Shown here piece by piece: positions 20,264 through 30,092 of a stretch of DNA of 64,000 bases. Made by a program: the position numbers and the translations under genes. Positions within the stretch are counted from its first letter, which is position 1. Every line of letters starts with the position of its first letter. The stretch comes from an uncultured delta proteobacterium (GTDB lineage Bacteria > Desulfobacterota > Binatia > UBA9968), in contig CAWFJP010000002.1 of assembly GCA_963816145.1 (NCBI GenBank), forward strand, positions 282,669 through 346,668, written 5' to 3'. The notes under the pieces were generated by a model. It worked only from the letters and a program-made list of their open reading frames with translations, had not been told where the DNA came from and did no database searches.

Positions 20264-20411
20264 GGCTGTTTTCGACGCTGGCGGATGGTTCCTTCATAGA
20301 CACTGAGATGGTTATTTGCAAATGTTTCGGCCTTTGGTGTCGCGATTTCACCACGCGCTGGAAATTTGTTATTGTCTAGGCAAAGTGTGGTCTATCGAGG
20401 ATTAATCGCTG

Positions 20412-21848
20412 ATGGTTACACGAGATCGATTGGTGTGGCGCCGCTTATTGAAGGTCAGTCTGCTCAGTTGCCTGGCCGGGTTAGGCACTCAGCCGATTCG
20501 CGATGCCGGCGCGGCCAATTTGGCGGCCTTGGACGGCAACCGTCCACCCTCGTTTGCCAGTATCGCCAAAAAGACCATGCCGGCGGTGGTCAACATTTCG
20601 ACTCTGACGCAACGGTCGCCGCGCTCCGGTTCCAACGACCCCATCGAAGATTTTTTCAATCGATTTTTTGGCGATTCGGCGCCGCGGGAGAACAACTCGC
20701 GTAGTTTAGGCTCGGGAATCCTCATTAGCCGGGATGGTGAGATTCTCACCAGTTATCATGTCGTGCGCAGCGCCGATACGATTAAAGTCAAGTTAGCGGA
20801 TCAGAGCGAACACGAAGCACGCTTGATCGGCAAGGATGATCGCACCGACTTGGCGCTGATCAAGATTCGCCGCTCCGGCGGCAATATGCCCTTCGCCAGG
20901 CTTGGCAACTCGAGCCAATTGGAAGTCGGTGATTGGGTGATGGCGATCGGCAATCCGTTCGGTCTCGAGCATACCGTCACGGCGGGAATTGTCAGCGCCA
21001 AGGGCCGGGTGATTGGTGCCGGTCCCTACGACAACTTCATCCAGACCGACGCATCGATCAACCCAGGCAACAGCGGCGGACCGCTGATCAGCGCAGACGG
21101 CGAAGTGATCGGTGTCAACACCGCGATTTTTAGTCAATCCGGCGGCAATGTCGGGATCGGCTTCGCGATCCCCATCGATCTGGCGAAAAAGGTTTTGGAC
21201 CAGCTGCGCAAAAACGGCAAGGTGGTGCGCGGTTGGCTTGGCGTGCGCGCCCAGGATCTCAGTGCTAGCCAATCGGCTTCGCTGGGGGTCCCCCGAGGCC
21301 CTGCCGATCTGGCCATCGTGACGGAAGTTGCCGACAAAAGCCCCGCGGCCGAAGCGGGCATCAAGACCGGCGATGTGATCGTCGAGTTCAACGGCAAACC
21401 GGTGCCAAAGAGCAATGAATTTCCCAGCGTCATTGCCGATATCGCGCCGGGGCAAAAAGTCTCGCTGAAAATCTTGCGCGAGAAAAAAGAGCAAACTATC
21501 GCCGTGCGCATCGGCGAGCTCGCTGACGATGCCGACGCGAATCAACAAGCTGAGGCGCGCGATGCCGAACTCGGACTGCGGGTTCAACGCATCACGCCAG
21601 AAGCAGCCAGGCGCCTAGGGCTAAGCTCGCCTAAAGGCGTGCTGGTGGTTGAGGTGCAGCCGGGCAGCCCGGCCGATCTCGTGGGTATCGAACCGGCAGA
21701 TGTGATTCGCGAAGTCAACCAGCGCGCCGTGACCAATGTTAAAGATTTTGAACGGGCGACCCGGCAAGGCCGGCGCGGCGACCGCATCCTGCTGCTTGTA
21801 CAGCGGGGCGATAACGCGGTATTCTTCGCTGTGAAACGCAAAGGTTAG
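20412..21848 (+). CDS. Do-family (DegP/HtrA/DegQ) periplasmic serine endopeptidase with two PDZ domains
   Basis: Catalytic triad context (TSYHVV, DLALIKI, GNSGGPL) plus two PDZ-like C-terminal regions; 478 aa. Confidence 0.9.
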   Translation: MVTRDRLVWRRLLKVSLLSCLAGLGTQPIRDAGAANLAALDGNRPPSFASIAKKTMPAVVNISTLTQRSPRSGSNDPIEDFFNRFFGDSAPRENNSRSLGSGILISRDGEILTSYHVVRSADTIKVKLADQSEHEARLIGKDDRTDLALIKIRRSGGNMPFARLGNSSQLEVGDWVMAIGNPFGLEHTVTAGIVSAKGRVIGAGPYDNFIQTDASINPGNSGGPLISADGEVIGVNTAIFSQSGGNVGIGFAIPIDLAKKVLDQLRKNGKVVRGWLGVRAQDLSASQSASLGVPRGPADLAIVTEVADKSPAAEAGIKTGDVIVEFNGKPVPKSNEFPSVIADIAPGQKVSLKILREKKEQTIAVRIGELADDADANQQAEARDAELGLRVQRITPEAARRLGLSSPKGVLVVEVQPGSPADLVGIEPADVIREVNQRAVTNVKDFERATRQGRRGDRILLLVQRGDNAVFFAVKRKG

Positions 21849-21856
21849 GAGGACTC

Positions 21857-22045
21857 ATGTTTGGACTTGGTGTACCCGAGCTTATGGTAATCCTGGTGAT
21901 TGCCCTGGTGATCTTCGGCCCAAGTAAGCTGCCGCAGATCGGCAGCGGACTCGGTAAGGCGATCCGGGATTTCAAAAAAGGCGTGACGGAAAAAGAAGAT
22001 GAGGAGGCCGATGCTAAAAAAGACGGCAAAGATCTGCCGCGCTAG
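21857..22045 (+). CDS. tatA: twin-arginine translocase TatA/TatE family subunit
   Basis: MFGLGVPELMVILVIALVIFGPSKLPQIGSGLGKAIRDFKKG is a canonical TatA N-terminus; 62 aa. Confidence 0.88.
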   Translation: MFGLGVPELMVILVIALVIFGPSKLPQIGSGLGKAIRDFKKGVTEKEDEEADAKKDGKDLPR

Positions 22046-22242
22046 TCGCGATCGGCAAAGCTACAGCCTTTCCTCCGGCGAGCCCATCTTCCGCCATCGT
22101 TCGCCGACGTGAAATTCCCACTCGATTGATTATTTCAAATCCCGATCGATCCGCAAGTGGACCAAAAACCGCGCTGATTTCGCGCTGGACGGTCGTTCCG
22201 ACGCTTAGTGATAGAGCGCGCGATAACCTATGTGTGGACTGC

Positions 22243-22893
22243 CTAGAGTTCGCGCACGTGGTGAAACCCGTTTAAGCTTTTTCGGCCTAAAACCACGGTG
22301 TAGAGGGAAGTCTTGCTGAGCTTGTAAACTCTTTCCACCGTCAACTCGGTTGAGGTGATAAACGGTTTGAGTTTGAGGTCGGTACGCCACCCCAATAACC
22401 TTGTCAGCGGATCGATCGCTTGAGTGATCGATCCGAGTACCGGCATATCCGTGGTAAAATGATTCAAGATCACGATGCGGCCGCTCGGTTTACAGACGCG
22501 CTTGGCCTCGGCGATCATACGGACCGGATCGGGGACGACGGTAACGACATGAAAGGCCATTACGTAATCGAACGAATTGTCGGGGAACGTTAGATTGAGC
22601 GCATCCATTTCCATGACTTTGAAATGATGCCAGCCGTTTTCGTGAATTTTTTGGCGCGCCCGCGAAAGCATATCGGGCGCCAAGTCAACGCCGGTAACTT
22701 CGCAGTGGTTCGGATAGGCGGGGAACGAGGTGCCGGTGCCGGCGCCGATCTCGAGTATCTTCGCGCCTACTGGGATATAGAGATTTTCAATCACCCGTTC
22801 GATGCGATTGTAGAAAATCTTACCGAAGATTTTGTCGTATAGAGGGGCGAACTCTCCGTAAAGTTTGCTCTCGTGCGCCTCGATTTCAGCCAT
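22243..22893 (-). CDS. class I SAM-dependent methyltransferase (possibly phospholipid N-methyltransferase-like)
   Basis: SAM motif I ILEIGAGTGT and post-I VTGVDLAPDML. N-terminal YDKIFG..F..R resembles PmtA-type enzymes. Start ATG 22893. Confidence 0.7.
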   Translation of the reverse strand: MAEIEAHESKLYGEFAPLYDKIFGKIFYNRIERVIENLYIPVGAKILEIGAGTGTSFPAYPNHCEVTGVDLAPDMLSRARQKIHENGWHHFKVMEMDALNLTFPDNSFDYVMAFHVVTVVPDPVRMIAEAKRVCKPSGRIVILNHFTTDMPVLGSITQAIDPLTRLLGWRTDLKLKPFITSTELTVERVYKLSKTSLYTVVLGRKSLNGFHHVREL

Positions 22894-22922
22894 GCGCCCC
22901 AACCCCAATCAACCACGTCCGA

Positions 22923-23117
22923 CTAGGCGTCGCGGATGTCCTTCGGTTGTTTCTTGTAGAAAATCGAAATATCGCGCTTGCGGAATCGCCATTGCTTGCC
23001 TTTTTTGAAGGCCGGGAGAATGTTCTTCCGGGCAAATTCATTGACAGTGTCCGGACTCATATCGAGAATCACGGCGACCTGTTTGCTATTGAGCAGTTCT
23101 TCGTCTCGATCCACCAT
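22923..23117 (-). CDS. excisionase-family helix-turn-helix DNA-binding protein
   Basis: LLNSKQVAVILDMSPDTVNEFARKNILPAFKKGKQWRFRKRDI fits the HTH_17/excisionase pattern. Start ATG 23117 assumed. Confidence 0.55.
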   Translation of the reverse strand: MVDRDEELLNSKQVAVILDMSPDTVNEFARKNILPAFKKGKQWRFRKRDISIFYKKQPKDIRDA

Positions 23118-23433
23118 AGACTCTCCGTGCAGTAAACGCCAGTACGCGAAAAAGTTCGTTTTTTCTAACAAGTTCGTCTAGGGCTGTCAAGGCAAGAATT
23201 GCGCGGTGGTGGCGCACGATTTGAAAACATTGCGAGTCGAGAGAACCGCGCACCCACGGGCTGTATTCCCGCCACTTACGGGAGCGCGCTCGTAACTCTG
23301 GGCGAGCGCATCCGGGTTGCCTTTCACTTGCGAGTACGGCGAACTTCCTTTAGCATGACGATGATTTAGTTCCTTGCGATCCCACCGAGGAGGGGTAACC
23401 GCCCGAAGCGATGAAGCGCGTCTCTGTTTGGAC

Positions 23434-26400
23434 ATGAAAAAGCTCCTCAAGATTGGCGCGTTCATTAGCATTACCGGCGTGCTTTTTTTTATTGTTTGCA
23501 CGGTTGCGTTCTACCATCTGGTCAGGGTCGGCGAGCTTCGTAGTTTTCTCATCGAGGAGATCGAAAAAAACACCGCACTTAAAGTTGACCTCGGCGCCGC
23601 GGACCTTGAGGTCGGTTGGGTCACTGGAGTCGGTTTTCGCGACGTGTCGATTGCCATGCCGGAAAGCGCCGCGCCGGAGATCACCGCCGCGCGGATTACG
23701 GCTAGAGTGGCTTTACTGCCGTTGCTCCATCGCCAAATCATTTTCTATGAAATTCGTTTGCAACAGCCGACGGTTGCGTTGGTCGGCGACACCGAGGGGC
23801 ATTTGCCGCTGCTCGACAAACTGCTCAATTTGCCGTTGCTCAAGCGCGAAAATTCGGACTTCAGCCTGGATCTGCAATCGATCAAAATTCACAACGGCGC
23901 GATCGATTACGTCGATCGGCGCACGACCGTTAGTGTCGGCGAGTGGCGGCTGCGCAAGGCCGACATCGATATTGAACGAGTGCGCGGCCAGAAGTTGCGC
24001 GAGTTCATGACGGATCTAATCGCGCGGCAGGCGGGGGAATCCAACGGTGCGGCGCTGCATTTCGCACTGAAGGGCGAGGTCGAACGAGACCATGCGTCGA
24101 TGCAGCTCAACGCCTCCGGTCGGTTGGTGTTCCCGCAGGAAGCTCTGGTGCTTAACCAAGCGCGCTGGTACGCCGATATCGATCTCGTCGATTTTCCCGC
24201 GGAATTGATTAAGGCCCAGCTAAGCGCCCATCTGCCGATCAAGTCGGCGAGCGGCCATCTAGCTCAACGCCTCCACGTCGAGGGCTATCCTGATAAGCAG
24301 CTGCGAATGAAAGGCGATCTCGAGTTCAAAAACATCGCCATCGATGCGCCCGAATTGCTGCTCGCACCGTTGACTGGCGCGAGCGGCCGGACGACATTCG
24401 AAGCGGACTGGAGCCGGGAAAAGTTGGCTATCAAGCGCGCCGATCTGCGCATCGGCGATGTCAAATTCACGTTTGCGGGAAGTCTCGGCGCGCTAGAGGG
24501 CGCGGAGCCGCATTTATCGCTGCAACTATCGGAGCTGTCGGCGCCGCTGGCAACTCTGCGCCGATATCTGCCGGTGAGAATCATCGAATCGCCGCAATGG
24601 GAAACCAGCCTGAACTCGATTCAGACCGGCCAGGTGGTGCTGAAAGGCGCCGGCGTCAATGCGACTCTTGGCGAATTGCGCCGGTTGGCGCAGACCGGTA
24701 TCGGCAAGCAACTTTGGTTCGATGCCGAATTGCGCGACGTCTCGGGCAGTCTTGCGGCGCGCGGCACGTTGCCGCTGCGCGGCGTCTCGGGCCGCGTGAG
24801 TTTGCACGATGGCCGACTGACGGCGCGTGATCTCAAGGGCGCCTACGGCGATTCCCAACTACTGGATGTTGACGGCAGCTATGATTTGACGCCGAGCGGC
24901 CGCGGCGGCTTTGAGCTCGCGGCCCGCGGGGATTTCAATTTAGCCGAGCTGCGCGAACAACTCAAAGGCGAGTTTATTTCCGAAAGCGTCGGCAAGATTG
25001 TCGCTTCGATTCACGAGCTTGACGGCCGTAGCCGCGTCGATTTGACACTAACGCGAATGGCCAGCGAACCGCTGCAATTTGCCGGCAAGGTCGCCTTGGA
25101 CAATGCGCGGCTGCGTTACGAAGATTATGCCTTGGACGAAATTAAGGGAGAACTGGCTTTTTCTCCCAAGGAAATCAAAGGCGAGAAAATCCGCGCGCAA
25201 CTGAGCGGCTCGCCGGTGCAGCTCCAACTCACGCTTAAAGACTACGCTGCTGACGGCGGCAGCTTCGACCTGGGAGTCGAATCTGGCGGTGTGCGCGCCG
25301 GCGTGATCACGCGCCTGTTACTGTCTCAAGGCACGCTCAACGATCCCGGCATCGTCCGCGGCGCGGTGCGCTACCGCGGCGCTTTCGCCGATAAAAACAC
25401 GCATAAATTCACCGGCGATCTCGAACTGACCAATGTCCAGTTAATGCTGAAACCGCTTTTGCAGCCGCTGCGCGAGCTCAACGGCAAGATCAAGATCGAC
25501 GAAACCGGCATCGACTTCCAGAGCGTCAAGGGGCTGCTGGTCGGCGCGCCGGCCAATTTCAGCGGGCGTTGGCGCTACGCGGAAAAGCCGCCGCTGCTCT
25601 TCAACTTCGCCGCGCCCAATCTGGACGTGACTTATTTGATATCGCAAATCGATGCCGAGGCCAGCGAGTTTTACGCCAAACTTCAAGCCGAGGGAAAAAT
25701 TACCCTGGCAAAAGGGCGGATCAAGAACTTCGAGTTCAATGACATGAAGTGCGATGCGACGATCGACCGACGCGTCTGGCGACTGACCAATCTGACCGCG
25801 CGCTCTGCCGGCGGCACGGTCGTTGGTGGGACCACCATTCACGACCGGCCGGACACCCTGGGGATCGTCGCCGAGCCGAAGATTCAAGGCGTCCCGGTGC
25901 AGTCGTTTCTCAAATGGTTCGACCTCACCAATACCGAGATGACCGGCCGGGTCAATATTACCGGCAAGCTCGAAACCGTCGGCAACTCCGACCCGGAACT
26001 CAAGCAAAACTTGAACGGTGCGTTCAACATGCGGATCGAGGACGGCACGATCAATCGTATGCGTGTGGTGGTGCAGCTGCTCAACCTGCTTGATCTGTCG
26101 CGCTGGTTCACCTTGCAGCTGCCAGATTTGACCAAACAGGGGATTCGTTTTCGCGCCATTACCGCCGATTTCAAAGTCGTCAAAGGCGTCTACGCGACGG
26201 AAAATCTTGTCGTCGATAGCAGCGATCTGCGCATGACCGGCATCGGCAAAATCGACGTGCCCAAGGATGAATTGGATTTCGTGGTTGCGGTGCGGCCGTT
26301 TGCCGGCATCGATTCGGCAATTAACCAAATTCCGATTCTTGGCCGGGGCATCGCCGCCATCAAGAATTCCTTTCTGGTTGCAAGTTTTAACATCACGGGA

Positions 26401-26553
26401 AGGATTGACGACCCGACAATTACTCCGGCGCCGCTGGGCACCCTCTCGGAAATGTTCTGGGGCGTTCTTGGCATTCCAAAATCAATAATTACCCTTGGCG
26501 AGCCGGAAAAAACGGACGAGCCGGCGGAGCCGGCGAAACCGGCGCCGAAATGA
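23434..26553 (+). CDS. AsmA-family / YhdP-like large envelope protein
   Basis: About 1040 aa. Single N-terminal TM (MKKLLKIGAFISITGVLFFIVCTVAFY), long beta-rich repetitive body, and C-terminal AsmA_2-like region (LRMTGIGKIDV..LDFVVAVRP). Confidence 0.7.
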   Translation: MKKLLKIGAFISITGVLFFIVCTVAFYHLVRVGELRSFLIEEIEKNTALKVDLGAADLEVGWVTGVGFRDVSIAMPESAAPEITAARITARVALLPLLHRQIIFYEIRLQQPTVALVGDTEGHLPLLDKLLNLPLLKRENSDFSLDLQSIKIHNGAIDYVDRRTTVSVGEWRLRKADIDIERVRGQKLREFMTDLIARQAGESNGAALHFALKGEVERDHASMQLNASGRLVFPQEALVLNQARWYADIDLVDFPAELIKAQLSAHLPIKSASGHLAQRLHVEGYPDKQLRMKGDLEFKNIAIDAPELLLAPLTGASGRTTFEADWSREKLAIKRADLRIGDVKFTFAGSLGALEGAEPHLSLQLSELSAPLATLRRYLPVRIIESPQWETSLNSIQTGQVVLKGAGVNATLGELRRLAQTGIGKQLWFDAELRDVSGSLAARGTLPLRGVSGRVSLHDGRLTARDLKGAYGDSQLLDVDGSYDLTPSGRGGFELAARGDFNLAELREQLKGEFISESVGKIVASIHELDGRSRVDLTLTRMASEPLQFAGKVALDNARLRYEDYALDEIKGELAFSPKEIKGEKIRAQLSGSPVQLQLTLKDYAADGGSFDLGVESGGVRAGVITRLLLSQGTLNDPGIVRGAVRYRGAFADKNTHKFTGDLELTNVQLMLKPLLQPLRELNGKIKIDETGIDFQSVKGLLVGAPANFSGRWRYAEKPPLLFNFAAPNLDVTYLISQIDAEASEFYAKLQAEGKITLAKGRIKNFEFNDMKCDATIDRRVWRLTNLTARSAGGTVVGGTTIHDRPDTLGIVAEPKIQGVPVQSFLKWFDLTNTEMTGRVNITGKLETVGNSDPELKQNLNGAFNMRIEDGTINRMRVVVQLLNLLDLSRWFTLQLPDLTKQGIRFRAITADFKVVKGVYATENLVVDSSDLRMTGIGKIDVPKDELDFVVAVRPFAGIDSAINQIPILGRGIAAIKNSFLVASFNITGRIDDPTITPAPLGTLSEMFWGVLGIPKSIITLGEPEKTDEPAEPAKPAPK

Positions 26554-26843
26554 AAGCCAAGCTGGCGCTCTACACGCGGCGGGATTGTTGTTTGTGCGAC
26601 GAGATGAAAGCGGCGATTCGACAAGCCGCCGCCGCGGCATCGTTCGATTTCGAGGAGATCGACATCGATACCAACCGAGAGCTGCAAGCGCGTTTTAACG
26701 ATCAAGTGCCGGTGCTCTTCATCGACGGACGCAAGGCGTTCAAATACCGCGTCACCGCCAAACAGCTGGCAAATCGAATCAGCCGAAAACGTTCGAGACT
26801 TTTCACGGGGCTCGCGAGTTTACTGGGAAAGGGGTCATCATGA
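26550..26843 (+). CDS. glutaredoxin-like (DUF836/thioredoxin-fold) protein
   Basis: LALYTRRDCCLCDEMK..VPVLFIDG; 97 aa. ATGA overlaps with both neighbours. Confidence 0.65.
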   Translation: MKAKLALYTRRDCCLCDEMKAAIRQAAAAASFDFEEIDIDTNRELQARFNDQVPVLFIDGRKAFKYRVTAKQLANRISRKRSRLFTGLASLLGKGSS

Positions 26844-27841
26844 ACGCAAAGCGTCTTCCGCTCTTCCTGCTGATCGTAGTGTTGACTCAAGCGCGCCTAA
26901 CCTCGGCCGCCGATCGTCTGATCGGCGCACAGTCGGCGCGGGTCATGTCTCAATCGATGCCGTGGATCGCCGAGGAAACCGGCATTTTTCGGAAGTACAA
27001 TTTAGAATTTCCGCTGGTCTACATCGGCACCTCGCCGCTGGCGACGGCGGCGATGTTGGGTGGCGAGGCGCAGCTCTTGATCGACGGCGGGGTCGGTTTG
27101 GTGCGCACGGTGGTGGGCGGTAACAACGATCTGGTGTTCATCGCCGGCATCAAGAATCATTTGACCCAGAGCATACTCGCCAAGCCGGAGATCAAACGAC
27201 TGGAAGATTTGCGCGGCAAGAAGATCGGCGTCACGCGGATCGGCGCGACGACGCATTATTTCGCGATTCAGGCTTTCAAGCGGCGCGGCATGGAAGCGGG
27301 CAAGGATTATTCCATGATTCAGACCGGCGGCGCGCCGGAGATGTTGGCGGCGCTCCTGTCGGGCGCCATTGATGCCGGGACCATGTCGGCGCCCTGGGAT
27401 GCCCGGGCGATTTCCCAAGGCTATGGTTACGTTGTCTATGGCCCCGATCTGGCCATCCCGCAAGTGGCCGTGTCGTTCATCACGCGGCGTTCTTTTATTG
27501 CGCAAAACTCGCCGCTGCTCGGCCGTTTCATGCGCGCCATGGCCGAGGCCGCAAAGATTCTCCATACTGATAAAGAAATTGTTTTCAAAGTCCTGAGCAA
27601 ATATCTGCGCATTGACGATCGCAAGGTGCTCGAGCAAGCCTATAGCGCTGAGATCAAAGCTCTCGAGCCGCGCATGGAGTTGCGCCTCGAAGCGGTCCAG
27701 GCGATCCTCGACGACATTGCGCCCACCGATGCGCGGGCGCGGAAATACAAACCGCAGGAACTTTACGACCGGCGCTACTTGGACGAAATGGAAAAGAGCG
27801 GGTTCATGGACAAGTTATGGAGCGGGGCGGTGGCGCGATGA
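26840..27841 (+). CDS. NMT1/THI5-like ABC transporter substrate-binding protein
   Basis: 333 aa with signal peptide MNAKRLPLFLLIVVLTQARLTSA. Family resemblance to 1015..1992, 14324..15325 and 61940..62974. Confidence 0.72.
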   Translation: MNAKRLPLFLLIVVLTQARLTSAADRLIGAQSARVMSQSMPWIAEETGIFRKYNLEFPLVYIGTSPLATAAMLGGEAQLLIDGGVGLVRTVVGGNNDLVFIAGIKNHLTQSILAKPEIKRLEDLRGKKIGVTRIGATTHYFAIQAFKRRGMEAGKDYSMIQTGGAPEMLAALLSGAIDAGTMSAPWDARAISQGYGYVVYGPDLAIPQVAVSFITRRSFIAQNSPLLGRFMRAMAEAAKILHTDKEIVFKVLSKYLRIDDRKVLEQAYSAEIKALEPRMELRLEAVQAILDDIAPTDARARKYKPQELYDRRYLDEMEKSGFMDKLWSGAVAR

Positions 27842-27963
27842 ACGTCGAAGGTCTGACGAAGCTCGCAGGTAGTTCTGCTTAATTATTGTGACGCGGAGAC
27901 AGAGTTAATTTTCGATTAGAATTTGAGCGGTATCAGGATTCTAGGGTTCGATTGATGGAGAAT

Positions 27964-28257
27964 TCAGTTCAATCGTGGATTAATGCTTTGCGGCTGAGCG
28001 GCATGTTTTACGTGGTGCCCTTTCAGGCCGCGTCTTAGATCGTACGAAAACACTGACAAAACCAGTGAAGCACCCGGTAGAGTTTGGACCGCTCCCCCCA
28101 AAACGAAGTCGCACCGATGCAACCAGTCGTAGCCGTTTGAGCTTTCTGAGATCAGGTTGCTCGTCTGACGGGAAATTGGTGCAGCGCCCTCGATAATTGT
28201 AATACATTCTCGGAGGCGGCATCTGTTCGGTTCACTCCAAATATTGGCAGTTTTCAA
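27964..28257 (-). CDS. hypothetical protein (weak call) downstream of the orphan receiver gene
   Basis: 97-codon ORF with TTG start in an AT-richer region. No recognisable motif. Confidence 0.2.
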   Translation of the reverse strand: MKTANIWSEPNRCRLRECITIIEGAAPISRQTSNLISESSNGYDWLHRCDFVLGGAVQTLPGASLVLSVFSYDLRRGLKGHHVKHAAQPQSINPRLN

Positions 28258-28353
28258 CTTCCCTCAACAGTCCTGCATCCGGCTATCGCTCGCGGTGAGC
28301 AGCGCGGCAGAGCGGCGATCAGGGTACTGCGAAAATAGTCGGGTTAGAACAAA

Positions 28354-28821
28354 TCACGCTACACGTCGTCCGTGGACATAGTCACTAAGCGTTCGTCGCA
28401 GATTATCGTACAACACTGGTTTTTGCGAACAAACCCCGATTCCGCATCGATTGAGATCGGAAACATCGGGCATCGGATCGTTTTTTACCATTCCGATGAC
28501 GAATATATTTGGCCTTCTGTCCAGGGCAAACTGCACAATATATGTCCATTCCGGCATATCAAGATCCACAATCAGCACAGCTGGATCATTGGTTCTGAAA
28601 TAGGAAATTGCCGTTATCGGGTTGTCTGTCTGGAAGACGCGATAGCCATCGCAGCTAAGCACGGCTGCAAGAATTACTCTTGAAATCGTCTCATGTTCGA
28701 CGACGATGGCTGTGATAGGAAACCCGCTGACAAGTTTCCGTTGTTCATTTGTGTTTTCGTGCTTTTCCAAAATAAGTGCGTCTGGCGTGAACATATTTTC
28801 TCCCTTCGTTAAACTTACCAT
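28354..28821 (-). CDS. stand-alone response-regulator receiver (REC) domain protein with degenerate acidic pocket
   Basis: Beta1 AIVVEHE (canonical DD replaced by E-H), beta3 VLIVDLDMP (phospho-Asp candidate), and beta5 SQKP Lys. No output domain. ATG 28821 overlaps the upstream gene stop (TGATG). Confidence 0.55.
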   Translation of the reverse strand: MVSLTKGENMFTPDALILEKHENTNEQRKLVSGFPITAIVVEHETISRVILAAVLSCDGYRVFQTDNPITAISYFRTNDPAVLIVDLDMPEWTYIVQFALDRRPNIFVIGMVKNDPMPDVSDLNRCGIGVCSQKPVLYDNLRRTLSDYVHGRRVA

Positions 28822-29408
28822 CAACGTTGATACGGATTCAGCTGGTATTGATTTGGACTATGTGATCGAAAGTTGTTTCTGTTTTGGTACTGTTCCAAGT
28901 AGCGATTGGGATTACCCGCAGCTGGTTTTCCGGTGTAAGGGTTTACCTTTCCAGGATATGACCGGTTGTTATAAGGATTACCGTAGGGCCTACTCCGGTA
29001 GTGCCCACCCACGTAGGTTCCGTCTTTCCGCGTGTATGGATCAACCCAGACCTGAGCACTCGCCACGGTGAGCCAAGTAAAGACAATAGCAACAGTGAGA
29101 ATGCAGATCTTTTTCACCTTCGATCTCCCTTCGAGCGATCCGCCTCTAATTTCGAGAGCAACCGTCGTGCCGATCCCGCATCGAATGAAATCGAGCACTT
29201 CGCTTGTATCGTTGTCGCCACTACGTGTCACGATGGCAAAGCTTGGCAGAGACAATCTCCGGTGAATGAGACTCTCGAACGTTTTTACGAATACTTGGTA
29301 AAATCTCGCCGGGCAGCTTTTGGCAATCAAGAACCTTTCCGTATCGGAGCACACAGGGGCGAATAAAAGGAATTCTTGTTTGCGTGCTGTTATTCGCCGT
29401 CGCGGCAT
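28821..29408 (-). CDS. hypothetical exported or membrane-anchored Tyr/Pro/Asn-rich protein
   Basis: Open frame 28821..29417. Internal GTG 29117, with GGGAG 7 nt upstream, gives a classical signal peptide VKKICILTVAIVFTWLTVASA|Q. That is followed by a 77-aa tail with four (D/N)PY motifs (DPYTRKDGTYVGGHYRSRPYGNPYNN..VNPYTG..LNPYQR). The long form (ATG 29408) would make it a single-pass protein. Confidence 0.4.
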   Translation of the reverse strand: MPRRRITARKQEFLLFAPVCSDTERFLIAKSCPARFYQVFVKTFESLIHRRLSLPSFAIVTRSGDNDTSEVLDFIRCGIGTTVALEIRGGSLEGRSKVKKICILTVAIVFTWLTVASAQVWVDPYTRKDGTYVGGHYRSRPYGNPYNNRSYPGKVNPYTGKPAAGNPNRYLEQYQNRNNFRSHSPNQYQLNPYQR

Positions 29409-29671
29409 CACAAACAACGGCTCACTCTACTGGGTTCGAGACCTGGGCAAGTATTTGCCGCAGGATTGAACTGTAAGACGCTGTAGCACGATCGTATTAT
29501 CGGGATTAAAGAAGTTAAATGGTCCGATGGTGGAAGTGCATGTGCCGGCCAAAGAGATCGGGGTGATGGTTGTGCCCGCGGCAATTTGCCAAAGGCAGTC
29601 GCACTGATCGCAGACTCGCCATGAGATCGCTCTAGTGGGTTTGAATTTTCTATCTGCTCCGGAGGCCGGTT

Positions 29672-30090
29672 ATGAGAGCTAACAGATCAAGTGGATTCAG
29701 CTTGGGGTTAGTAGTTTTGTCGGCATCGTTGATTGTTCCTGTTCACCTCTTTGCCGCGCAACCAGCTCAAGCGCCGGCGGTCAAAGAGCCGCCGAGGCAG
29801 ACTGCGCCGGCGAGTGATAAGAACACGACTTGGAAATTGGCTGGGCACTCGCCAGCGATTGCGCGCCGCTGGACATCCTGAGCAAGCGGGGACCGGCTCA
29901 AGGTGACATCAAGAGTCTTAAGCAGTTAGCCGACATGCTCAAGGACAACGGGCACGAGGCGGAGATGAAAGAATTTAAAGCCGGCATCCGGCCGGCGGTG
30001 GAAGTGCGGTCGCCGTCAGCCGGGATTCACGTCATGTTCATACACCAAGAGCACTGTGACAAGAAACCGCCGGCGGTTGAGAAGAAGTAG
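29672..30090 (+). CDS. hypothetical secreted protein, apparently split by a frameshift between 29821 and 29881
   Basis: ORF 29672..29881 begins with signal peptide MRANRSSGFSLGLVVLSASLIVPVHLFAA. ORF 29830..30090 starts only at a TTG without SD and overlaps it in another frame. Confidence 0.3.
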
Positions 30091-30092
30091 GG

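Noticed and set aside
20264-20411. Possible M-box (Mg) riboswitch upstream of mgtE (also 13352..13429 for the other copy)
   Set aside because: The leaders are short (about 80-150 nt) and shared with divergent promoters. I could not find the conserved M-box helices or motifs by eye. An Rfam scan would be the definitive test.
25441-26328. 295-codon minus-strand ORF inside the AsmA-like gene (similar cases: 20793..21587, 34599..35531, 58217..59242, 63026..63844, 44701..45447, 50363..51076)
   Set aside because: All overlap better-supported genes on the other strand, have low-complexity R/G/A/D-rich sequences and lack ribosome-binding sites.
27925-27965. tmRNA-like or tRNA-like string GGATTCTAGGGTTCGATTGATGG
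   Set aside because: There is a superficial resemblance to the tmRNA 5' end and T-loop. However, there is no complementary acceptor stem, no tag reading frame and no 3' CCA-proximal T-arm nearby.
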